From Candidatus Doudnabacteria bacterium (GTDB lineage: Bacteria; Patescibacteriota; Doudnabacteria; UBA920): a DNA stretch of 64,000 bases. The first letter of the stretch is position 1. Each line of letters begins with the position of its first letter. Of this stretch, positions 56,046 to 64,000 are shown one piece after another. The position numbers and the translations under genes were made by a program. A model generated the notes under the pieces. The model ran no database searches, had not been told where the DNA came from, and worked only from the letters and a program-made list of their open reading frames with translations. The stretch lies in assembly GCA_016788665.1 (NCBI GenBank), contig JAEUSF010000002.1, positions 73,387 through 137,386 of the forward strand, read 5' to 3'.

Positions 56046-56951
56046 GTGTATTATTTGCTTATGACTTGGCTTTTTTTTGCACTCCTAGCGCCCTTAATTT
56101 GGGCAATTACCAACATAATAGACAAATTTGTTTTGTCTAAGATTACCGACGACTACTGGATACCGGCAATCTTTTTTTCTTTTGCAGGCCTAGCTACAGG
56201 ACTAACTATTTTTGTTTTTAAAGGTTACGAACCAGTTACACCAGTAGTTATATTTACAGCATTAGGAGCCGGCTCTGCCTACTTTTTTGCCGAGCTTTAC
56301 TATTTTAAGGCTGCTCAAAAAGAAGAAATTTCACGAGTCATCTCACTTGTCTACCTGGACCCTCTTTTTACGGCAATTTTTGCAGCCATATTTTTAAAAG
56401 AGTTTTTTTCTTTTACCAGCTACGTTGGCGTGGCCTGCATGACCTTTGGAGCCTTCTTAATATCTTACAATTTTGAATCGGGTTGGAAAAATAAAAACAT
56501 AGCCTGGCTGGCAGTTATATCCGCTGCTTTATTTGGGGCCTCAAATATATTAAGTGACTTGTTTGTAACTGAACAAAACGCCTGGACTATTTTCGCATTT
56601 ATACGGCTTGGCACTTTCCTAAGCACTTTACCCTGGACTCTGCACAAGCGTCAGAAAATTTTAAATTTTATTCGACACCGAACACAAAACTCCGCTCTGA
56701 TATTTTTAAACAGCTTAATGGTAGTCTTTGGCACTTTACTCTTTTTATTTGCCCTCTCAAAAGGCTTTGCCACATTCACCGCTTCTTTAGCCGCACTGCA
56801 GCCTTTATTCGTCCTAATCATTGTCTGGTTTTTAAGTCAATTTTTTCCTCACATTTTAAAAGAAAATTTGAACAAAAAAACTTTTTTGCAAAAGCTGGTG
56901 GCCGCAATAATTTTGCTTGTGGGAGCTTTTCTTCTCCATTCCCAAATTTAA
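56046..56951 (+). CDS. EamA/DMT-family transporter
   Basis: 301 aa, 10 TM segments, duplicated EamA-type halves. Confidence 0.7.
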   Translation: MYYLLMTWLFFALLAPLIWAITNIIDKFVLSKITDDYWIPAIFFSFAGLATGLTIFVFKGYEPVTPVVIFTALGAGSAYFFAELYYFKAAQKEEISRVISLVYLDPLFTAIFAAIFLKEFFSFTSYVGVACMTFGAFLISYNFESGWKNKNIAWLAVISAALFGASNILSDLFVTEQNAWTIFAFIRLGTFLSTLPWTLHKRQKILNFIRHRTQNSALIFLNSLMVVFGTLLFLFALSKGFATFTASLAALQPLFVLIIVWFLSQFFPHILKENLNKKTFLQKLVAAIILLVGAFLLHSQI

Positions 56952-56991
56952 AAAACCCTGCTCCATAAAAAGGAGCAGGGTTTTTTAAATA

Positions 56992-57669
56992 CTATTTTTT
57001 TCGCTTGTCTGAAAGTATAAGTCCGTCCTTTAACTCCAAAACTCTTTCTGACATTTCGGCAAACTCTTTTTCATGAGTTACCATTACTATAGTCTGCCCG
57101 GCTTTATGAAGGTCTAAAAAAACTTTTAAAATTTCCCGTGAAGTGGTAGTGTCTAAGTTTGCTGTCGGCTCGTCGGCAAACAAAATTTTTGGGTCATGCG
57201 CAATAGCCCTAGCTATAGAAACTCTTTGTTGTTGACCGCCAGATAATTGACTGGGCAAATTATCAGCTTTTTCCTTCAAACCAACTCTTTCCAAATTCCT
57301 CATTGCCTTAGCATATGCTGCATCTGTCTCCATATCTTGCATAAGCATTGGTAAAACAACATTTTCCAAAGCAGTTAGCTCGGGCATAAGAGCATAATCC
57401 TGAAAAACATATCCCAAAGAATTTAGGCGAAACAAAGTTCTCTGGTCGCTTGGCAAAGCACTTACTTCGATATTGTCTATGAAAATCTGGCCTTGGGTGG
57501 GATGGTCTAAAAGAGAAAGCTGATACATTAAAGTGGACTTCCCCGCACCGGAAGGTCCAATTATAGAAACAAACTCACCAGATTCTATATTTAGGTCTAT
57601 ACCCTTAAGCACCTGGGTTTCCAACTCCCCACTCATATAAGTTTTTACTATATTATTTGCTTTTATCAT
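56992..57669 (-). CDS. ABC transporter ATP-binding protein (MacB/LolD/FtsE-type)
   Basis: Walker A GPSGAGKSTL, signature LSGGQQQRVSIARA and Walker B ILFADEPT. Confidence 0.9.
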   Translation of the reverse strand: MIKANNIVKTYMSGELETQVLKGIDLNIESGEFVSIIGPSGAGKSTLMYQLSLLDHPTQGQIFIDNIEVSALPSDQRTLFRLNSLGYVFQDYALMPELTALENVVLPMLMQDMETDAAYAKAMRNLERVGLKEKADNLPSQLSGGQQQRVSIARAIAHDPKILFADEPTANLDTTTSREILKVFLDLHKAGQTIVMVTHEKEFAEMSERVLELKDGLILSDKRKK

Positions 57670-57745
57670 TTTACTCCGAATGAATAGATCCGTCTTTGAC
57701 GGAAACCATAATTTTGAACTTTGATATTTACACTTTCAACTTATG

Positions 57746-59032
57746 CTACCTTCCCAATATTGAATCTAAAGTATTTTTCTTAACAATTATCCTAGCCGGT
57801 ATAAAACCCGCTAAAAGAGTTATTAGCATTAAAACTCCTGCCCTAGCCAAAGAACCGCTTACGCTTGCCGCTAAAATGCCGTCACTAAATGGAAAGTCTA
57901 AAGGATTCTGGTCGAAATATGGCTTCAAAAACAAAAACACAAGTCCAAAACCTAAAATACTACCAGTTAGTCCGTAAAAAATAGCTTGAAATATGTACGC
58001 AGTTTCTATAGCGCGAGCACTTATGCCTATGCCTTTTAAAATCCCTATATACTTTCTTCTTGTTACAGCATTAATAAAAATAACTATAAAAATAGTTATC
58101 GAGGCAACCACCAACGCAATACCTCCTATTACATTACCTAAGACTCCGAAAGTACTCTCTATGTCACGCAAAAAAGAAGGTATGGCTTCTTTATAGGTTT
58201 GCACTCTAACCTTACTTAAGTCTGTTTGGGACTTAAGAGCAAAAAGAATTTCACCTGTATCGGGAACAGAAGTTTTTATAGCTATCTCTTGAACATTAAG
58301 GTCGATATTTTGCGTAAGTTTTCTGAGCTCAGAATCCAACACAAAAGAACGCTGAGACACCTGGTCCACTTTGCTTTTTATTATACCCTTAACTATAAGT
58401 TCTTTACTTATTTGCACAGCCGAACCATTCTGCGAACCATTTATAGTTAGCCTAACCTTGTCCCCCACCTTAACACCTCTTAAAATAGTAAAACCTGGAA
58501 AATTAGCATCGGCAAAATTCGAATACTCTTTTATAAGACTGGCGCCAACTAGAATATAACCCTCGTCGCCAGGCTCCAAAGCCTTGCCTTCTAAAACTAA
58601 ATCCGAAAGTCCAGTCACCTTCTCTTCGTCTTCCGGATCTATACCAACAACAGAACCGCCATTTTCGTTAGGAGACTCTTTGCCCGACGGATTCTGTCCC
58701 AAATCTGCTCTTATTTTTCCCGACACGACAGTTCTTGCTGAAACCGCCTCGACTCCACCCAGGCTCTTAGCTAAAGAAACCAAAGTTTGGCTTTTTTCTA
58801 TGTTGGCAATACGCTCCTGAGGAGTTATAAGTATGTCGCCCGAATATCTATCCCTAAACTGTTCATAAGAGCCTGTTAAAAGTCCAACCAAAATACCATT
58901 TACCACGACCAAGTTTAAAAAGGTCAAAGTCATTATAAAAATAATAAGCACAGTAGTGCCTATGCTCGCACGTTTTATCTGCCTAAAGGCTAAAAAAAAT
59001 CCCACCTGGAGGGATATAAGATATTTTTTCAT
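57746..59032 (-). CDS. ABC transporter permease, FtsX/MacB-like with a large extracytoplasmic domain
   Basis: N-terminal TM segment, a periplasmic domain of about 230 aa and a C-terminal 3-TM FtsX module. Adjacent to the ATPase gene. Confidence 0.8.
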   Translation of the reverse strand: MKKYLISLQVGFFLAFRQIKRASIGTTVLIIFIMTLTFLNLVVVNGILVGLLTGSYEQFRDRYSGDILITPQERIANIEKSQTLVSLAKSLGGVEAVSARTVVSGKIRADLGQNPSGKESPNENGGSVVGIDPEDEEKVTGLSDLVLEGKALEPGDEGYILVGASLIKEYSNFADANFPGFTILRGVKVGDKVRLTINGSQNGSAVQISKELIVKGIIKSKVDQVSQRSFVLDSELRKLTQNIDLNVQEIAIKTSVPDTGEILFALKSQTDLSKVRVQTYKEAIPSFLRDIESTFGVLGNVIGGIALVVASITIFIVIFINAVTRRKYIGILKGIGISARAIETAYIFQAIFYGLTGSILGFGLVFLFLKPYFDQNPLDFPFSDGILAASVSGSLARAGVLMLITLLAGFIPARIIVKKNTLDSILGR

Positions 59033-59102
59033 ATGCTTATTTTAAAGGAAAACCCGAATTTAGTCCAATAAAAAAGCGACCGTTTTACTGGTCGCGTCGC
59101 GG

Positions 59103-59858
59103 CTATTGCGCCACGACTTTTTGTTGCCGGTTTAGCTCCCTGCGGGTCCCGCACGCAGCTACAAGCAGCTCCCGCGCTTTACCAAATTCCCCATTTTTGA
59201 AAAGATTACGAGCTTCTTGGGTTATCCGTTGCGATTCAGCCATGAAGTCGGGAGGGAACTCTGGCGTAATTCGCAGTAGATCTGCGCACAGCTCCTCTAT
59301 CTTCCGACTGCGAATCTCGTACTGGCCTGTACTTTGCACGCCCCCACTCACGTGCCTGCCTCTTCGCTCAGCGAGCCTGCGGGATCGCAAACTTTCGGAC
59401 ATTTTCCTTGTATGCAACCTCTCCTGCCGAATCAATGCCTCTACTTGCTGCGCAAGCCAGCAGTCCATGTCCTTTGCCAATAAGAATAGCAAGAACGATG
59501 GCTTTTTGACACCCTCCTCAGCAGCTTCCCTTACAAACCGGCTGTAAAGCCAAACCAGCCGACGAAGTGCGACAAGGAACAGCGTAAAGCAAAGAACCAA
59601 CGAGACTATCAAACTGTCTCGGCCGTCCCGCCACTTAGCAAGCCACCCATAGGTATTTTGCCAAGCAATCGTCAGACACTCTGCACCACATTCCTTTTGG
59701 TGCTTTAGAGCTTGATCCACCAAGCCCTTGTATATGTTCTGTGCCAATAAGGCAAGAGAGCTTTCAACCAGCGGGGTAAAAACTGCAATCCCCGCCGCCA
59801 GACCAAGAGCCACAGACATCACGATCACGGCAACGCACCTTTGACGGAAAATCTCCAT
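59103..59858 (-). CDS. GC-rich hypothetical membrane protein (2 TM)
   Basis: 251 aa, about 57% GC. Promoter TTGATA-17-TAAAAT (complement of 59932-59960) and GAAGGAGG RBS. Bidirectional terminator at 59961-59995. Confidence 0.4.
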   Translation of the reverse strand: MEIFRQRCVAVIVMSVALGLAAGIAVFTPLVESSLALLAQNIYKGLVDQALKHQKECGAECLTIAWQNTYGWLAKWRDGRDSLIVSLVLCFTLFLVALRRLVWLYSRFVREAAEEGVKKPSFLLFLLAKDMDCWLAQQVEALIRQERLHTRKMSESLRSRRLAERRGRHVSGGVQSTGQYEIRSRKIEELCADLLRITPEFPPDFMAESQRITQEARNLFKNGEFGKARELLVAACGTRRELNRQQKVVAQ

Positions 59859-60004
59859 ACCGCCTCCTTCAAATCAGAAAGTCTAGGGCAACGCATGGTG
59901 GCCCTCATTACCCGCATTTGGATAATAGAAGATTTTAACAGTTTTACAGAAAATTATCAATATAAAACCCCCAAAGAATTTCTTTGGGGGGTTTTATACA
60001 ACAC

Positions 60005-60358
60005 TTACATTTCTTTCATAAAGAACGTTTCTTTTACAACTTTGCCGTCTTTAACTTCATAAAAACCATACTCCTTCACAGATACTCTGTCCTGGCCTTT
60101 AAACTTTACATCCATACTTATTTCCAATAAAAAGCTGTCTTTAGCAACATACGCCTTACTCACACCGCCTCCAAAAAACTGCTCAACCGAAGCCATAACT
60201 GCCTTAGTCTTTTCCATAACCGGCAACTTCCCAACCACCACCTGACCATCCTGTTCAACATTTACCACATCATCGGCATAAAGCTCTTCTTGAGCCTGAG
60301 TATTTTTACCTTCGTTGATATACTTTATTATTTGTTCTGCTACTTCCTGAGTTGTCAT
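60005..60358 (-). CDS. Small NTF2-like/SnoaL-like fold protein (tentative)
   Basis: 117 aa with an alpha+beta pattern. Weak similarity judged by eye only. Confidence 0.3.
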   Translation of the reverse strand: MTTQEVAEQIIKYINEGKNTQAQEELYADDVVNVEQDGQVVVGKLPVMEKTKAVMASVEQFFGGGVSKAYVAKDSFLLEISMDVKFKGQDRVSVKEYGFYEVKDGKVVKETFFMKEM

Positions 60359-60412
60359 ATTATTAAATAATTCTGTTTTTCACACCCTGTATGAAAAACT
60401 ATAAATTCTAAA

Positions 60413-60700
60413 TTATGCCTTAGGCTTTCGAATATCTTTTACCAAATGCATTAAAAGATTTATTGTGTATTCGGCATTTACAGCATAATACACCTCCTGC
60501 CCTTTTCGTTCATCAACAACCAAGTTGCAAGATTTTAAGGTCTTTAAATGCTGGGAAACTGCTGGCTGACTTAAGTTTACAAGTTTAACCAACTCCCCCA
60601 CGGTCTTTCTGCCCCTAAGCAATGCTTCAATAATTCGATAACGCGAAGCATTACCTATTCCCTTTCCAAACTTTTCAATTTCATTGCACAGATCTGTCAT
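60413..60700 (-). CDS. ArsR/SmtB-family transcriptional regulator
   Basis: HTH NASRYRIIEALLRGRKTVGELVKLVNLSQPAVSQHLKTLK. Confidence 0.85.
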   Translation of the reverse strand: MTDLCNEIEKFGKGIGNASRYRIIEALLRGRKTVGELVKLVNLSQPAVSQHLKTLKSCNLVVDERKGQEVYYAVNAEYTINLLMHLVKDIRKPKA

Positions 60701-60759
60701 ATAAATATATTAGCATATGCTTATATCTTGTCAAGGCCAATTGCTGCTATAATTAGCCC

Positions 60760-61041
60760 ATGAAAAAAAAATTAAATAAAAAACAGTTTTTTTATTTTTA
60801 CATACTTCTTTGTAAAGACAACTCCCTGTACTGTGGCAGCACGAAAAATTTACAAAAACGCGAACTCGCCCACAACACCAACAAAGGTTCTGCCTATGTG
60901 CGCTCTAGAGGAGGGGGTAAAATTATTTATTTTGAAAAGTTTGACAGTTGGAGCGAAACCTTAAAACGCGAAGCCCTGGTAAAAAAATGGAATCGGAGCC
61001 AAAAACTTTTACTAACCAAATTCCAGGACAAGCGGAAGTAG
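60760..61041 (+). CDS. GIY-YIG nuclease-family small protein
   Basis: FYFYILLCKDNSLYCGSTKNLQKRELAHN is a GIY-YIG core. 93 aa. Confidence 0.8.
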   Translation: MKKKLNKKQFFYFYILLCKDNSLYCGSTKNLQKRELAHNTNKGSAYVRSRGGGKIIYFEKFDSWSETLKREALVKKWNRSQKLLLTKFQDKRK

Positions 61042-61122
61042 TCAATATTTGATATAATAACTTCAATATATTATTAGCCTTGCTTTGACTGCTCAAAAAA
61101 AAGCAGCAAAAAGCTCCAAACT

Positions 61123-61728
61123 ATGAAAACTTCGAAATATTTGTCCTTAAGTATGGCCATTTGGCTCCCTACCGCAATAACCATAACCCTTCTAAGCGCT
61201 CTGGCTTACTTGGGCGTACAACAAGTCTACAGACAAAATGCGAACGACCCTCAAATTCAAATGACACAAGAAGCGGCTAAAGAACTTTCTCAGTTGGAAG
61301 ACCTAAACTCTTTAGCGGGGACCTTGGGAAATATGGACATATACAATACTTTAAATGCTTTTATTGTTATATATGACGAATCAGGCAAACCGATTGCAGG
61401 CAATGGTTTTATAAATGACCAACTGCCAAGTTTACCCGGTGGAGTTTTTTCGGAAGCCAAGAAAAAGTCTGACCACAGATTTACCTGGGCTCCAACTCAA
61501 AATGACCGTTATTCTGCGGTTCTTAAAAGCTTCAGCGGAAAACAAAACGGTTTTATGCTTGCGGGCAGAAGCCTTAGGTTAGTAGAAGAGAGAACCAAAA
61601 ACTTTGCTTTAATATTGGCCGTAACTTGGGGCGCAGCCATGCTCCTAAGCTTTGCCATGTCTTTTATATCAGTCCGCATTTTACGCAAACAGTTTGCCTC
61701 ACATTCACACGAGCATAGCTCAATATAA
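61123..61728 (+). CDS. Membrane protein resembling the TM1-periplasmic-TM2 sensor module of a histidine kinase, ending right after TM2
   Basis: Two TM helices bracket a soluble segment of about 130 aa. A post-TM2 basic stretch (VRILRKQ) is followed by a stop. No kinase domain. Confidence 0.35.
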   Translation: MKTSKYLSLSMAIWLPTAITITLLSALAYLGVQQVYRQNANDPQIQMTQEAAKELSQLEDLNSLAGTLGNMDIYNTLNAFIVIYDESGKPIAGNGFINDQLPSLPGGVFSEAKKKSDHRFTWAPTQNDRYSAVLKSFSGKQNGFMLAGRSLRLVEERTKNFALILAVTWGAAMLLSFAMSFISVRILRKQFASHSHEHSSI

Positions 61729-61730
61729 CC

Positions 61731-62318
61731 ATGGTTCATTTTGTTAACCTATTCCTCTCTTGGATAGAAGCTTCCAAATACACACTTCTCTTTTTTGGAT
61801 CAATAGCCGAAGGCCCGATACTTACTTTAACATCGGGCTTTTTGGTACGACTTAAACAACTAGACTTGGTTCCGGCTTACTTTTTACTGGTAGCGGGAGA
61901 CTTTACTGCAGACATTGTTTGGTACAACATAGGCAGACACGGAGCAAGAAGACTTATAAATAGGTTCGGAAGTTTTTTCAACATTACTCCTGAAATTATA
62001 AGCAAGGTTGAAAAACGCTTTCACACTTACCAAACACCAATTTTATTTTTATCAAAAATCACTATGGGCTTTGGCTTTGGACTAGCAACACTTCTAGTAG
62101 CCGGTATGCTTAAAGTGCCTTTAAAAAACTATATTCTCCTTAATTTAACTGGTGGGTTAATATGGACAGCTCTTTTGCTAATACTAGGGTATTTTTTTGG
62201 CAACGCTTACATACTTGTCGCCAAACCCTTCCGTGCCATATTTTTAGCTTTACTCATACTTCTAGTTGGCTTTGGGCTCTACGGCATAAACCGTTACCTA
62301 GTAAAAAAAGAAATATGA
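61731..62318 (+). CDS. DedA/VTT-domain membrane protein
   Basis: DedA consensus segment FLSWIEASKYTLLFFGSIAEGPILTLTSGFLV...GDFTADIVWYNIGRHGARR. Confidence 0.8.
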   Translation: MVHFVNLFLSWIEASKYTLLFFGSIAEGPILTLTSGFLVRLKQLDLVPAYFLLVAGDFTADIVWYNIGRHGARRLINRFGSFFNITPEIISKVEKRFHTYQTPILFLSKITMGFGFGLATLLVAGMLKVPLKNYILLNLTGGLIWTALLLILGYFFGNAYILVAKPFRAIFLALLILLVGFGLYGINRYLVKKEI

Positions 62319-63040
62319 TATCCATAATAATTCCTACCCTGAATGAAGAAAAAGTTTTAGAAAAAACGCTCCTCGCTTTACGAAAACTTATTTCTACACC
62401 CTTTGAAATAATAATCTCTGACGGAGGAAGCAGAGACGACACCTTAAACATTGCTCGAAAATACGCTCACAAAGTTGTCGAGTGCGAAAAAGGAGTAAAA
62501 CAAACCATCGCTCTTGGCCGCAATTTGGGTGCCAAATATTCTAACGGAGACATGTTAGTTTTTCTAGATGCAGATGTGGAAATTCCTGAAATTAATACAT
62601 TCTTTGAAACGGCGGTAAATAAATTTGAAAATCAAAAAAATCTGGTCGGTCTGAGCGTTTTTTTAAAAGTCTTTCCACAACATGCCACTCTTTCAGACAA
62701 GTTATTTTTTAAGCTAGTAAATTATATACATTACACAGCAAATCATCTGTTACCGCTTGGTTCTGCTTCGGGAGAGTTTCAAATGATAACACGACAAGCT
62801 TTTTTAGCAGCAGGGGGCTACAGAACCGACTTAGCTGTGGGTGAAGATGTAGAAATGTTTTCCAGACTCAGGAAGTTAGGTAAAACCAGAATCGAAGCCG
62901 GTCTCCACGTCTTACATACCGGACGACGAGCCCATGCTGTAGGCTGGGGAAAGCTATGGTATTTATGGATAAAAAATAACTTAATTTTTATTAAATTATT
63001 TAACAGATCTTTTACCAAAGAATGGACTGCAATAAGATAG
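62315..63040 (+). CDS. Family-2 glycosyltransferase (start ATG 62315, overlapping the dedA stop as ATGA)
   Basis: MISIIIPTLNEEKVLEKTL, DGGSRDDT and a DAD motif (FLDADVEIP). Confidence 0.8.
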   Translation: MISIIIPTLNEEKVLEKTLLALRKLISTPFEIIISDGGSRDDTLNIARKYAHKVVECEKGVKQTIALGRNLGAKYSNGDMLVFLDADVEIPEINTFFETAVNKFENQKNLVGLSVFLKVFPQHATLSDKLFFKLVNYIHYTANHLLPLGSASGEFQMITRQAFLAAGGYRTDLAVGEDVEMFSRLRKLGKTRIEAGLHVLHTGRRAHAVGWGKLWYLWIKNNLIFIKLFNRSFTKEWTAIR

Positions 63041-63093
63041 CAGCGGTTAAAAAAACCGCTTCCCTATTGAATTTGGGAAGCGGTTTTTTTATT

Positions 63094-63579
63094 TTACTCA
63101 ACTATTAAATTACCTTTCATACCCATTGCTCGATGTTGTCCTACCGAACAATAGTATTCAAATGTACCTGTCTTATCTGCCGTAAAAATTATTTCAGCAC
63201 TTTTATCCGCCTGAATTTGAGGAGTACGAACACTATATTCGTCAATCACCAAATCATGGAAACCAACCTTATTATTAAAAACAATTTTTACCGTATCCCC
63301 TCTTTTAACTCGAATTTCCGCAGGAGAAAAACTAAAATTATTGCCGACTATGTTAAAAACTTTTTCCTCGGAACTTGGTTTAGTTTCCCCGCTTACCGAC
63401 CCTATAACAGCGTCTTGTTTTTCCACCATACCTGCCGCTTGTTGCTTAAGCTGGGCTGAATCTTTATTAAAAAAAACTATAGCACCTAACGCCACAACCA
63501 ACACCACAACACTAACAGTCCACATTGAGCCATGGGCTGGCTTTTTTTGGCCTTGAGAATCCTCTGAATTATTTTCCAT
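63094..63579 (-). CDS. Membrane-anchored cupredoxin (plastocyanin/azurin-like type-1 copper protein)
   Basis: N-terminal TM segment. Copper ligands GFHDLVID (His) and YYCSVGQHRAMGM (Cys-x3-His-x2-Met). Confidence 0.7.
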   Translation of the reverse strand: MENNSEDSQGQKKPAHGSMWTVSVVVLVVALGAIVFFNKDSAQLKQQAAGMVEKQDAVIGSVSGETKPSSEEKVFNIVGNNFSFSPAEIRVKRGDTVKIVFNNKVGFHDLVIDEYSVRTPQIQADKSAEIIFTADKTGTFEYYCSVGQHRAMGMKGNLIVE

Positions 63580-63696
63580 TTATTTCCTTTCATTAAATAT
63601 ACTTTTGCTATTTTAGCATATAAAAAAAATTGTTAAAAATACGCTAAAAACCGCCCCTCCAAGGCGGTCTTTAGTAAAAACAAATACTCTCTTGCC

Positions 63697-64000
63697 TTAT
63701 GGAGCCATTTCCCCTCGGTCTGTTCTGCTCATAACTATAAGCCCTGTTATCGCACGCCCGATCAGGTAGTAAACTAAAATTGCAATCAAACTCCCCCATT
63801 CCAACACTCCACCGTTCTCTAAAGTCATGGGCCTAAATACATTCAAAAAAGGGTTAACTAAAGGAGTACTTAACCTGTACACAAAATCAGTAAAGCCTGC
63901 CGCCGGGTTAGCCGCTAAAATCCTCAGCAAAAATCTAAGCGCAATCACAGATTCCAAAATCCCCACAACAAACCAAACTAACTGCGTAAGTCTAAATATC
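63697..64000 (-). CDS. YggT-family membrane protein (N-terminus probably beyond the window end)
   Basis: YggT/Ycf19-like two-TM repeat pattern. The reading frame stays open to the window edge. Confidence 0.55.
   Translation of the reverse strand, partial: IFRLTQLVWFVVGILESVIALRFLLRILAANPAAGFTDFVYRLSTPLVNPFLNVFRPMTLENGGVLEWGSLIAILVYYLIGRAITGLIVMSRTDRGEMAP

Overview
This is an AT-rich bacterial chromosome segment with roughly 38-42% GC in its native genes. A small-genome, CPR/Patescibacteria-like organism is suggested only by inference from the gene content. That content includes uvrA/uvrC, RNase J, trpS, ychF, a rpsF-ssb-rpsR operon, efp, secG, trxB, htrA, rsgA, cspA, two tRNAs, a type IV pilus operon (pilin, pseudopilins, PilC, PilB), a sortase next to an LPXTG substrate, an IS200-like element, ABC exporters and many genes that appear to lack a Shine-Dalgarno sequence. 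The window also holds a glycan locus made of a GT2 fragment, a GT39-like enzyme and a GH6 glycoside hydrolase. The most striking anomaly is a scattered set of at least nine strongly GC-rich ORFs or small operons, about 55-62% GC. Each has its own sigma70-type promoter with 17-nt spacing, of which three are perfect TTGACA-17-TATAAT matches; seven of the nine also have an AGGAGG-type RBS, and several have their own terminator. They encode two PEP-CTERM-like secreted proteins, a three-gene islet of unknown function at the centre of the window, a lipoprotein, a PIG-L deacetylase, an 'MCDYSLH' protein and several small membrane or secreted proteins. These look like independently transcribed, probably horizontally acquired cassettes of unknown collective function. 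Other notable items are a sortase homolog with Ser at the catalytic Cys position, a pilin-headed LVIVD beta-propeller protein, a large PP2C-like protein, about 90-bp direct repeats (a duplicated csp 3' end plus terminator) flanking a vWA lipoprotein gene, and a promoter-driven noncoding leader upstream of rnj. No CRISPR array or rRNA was seen.
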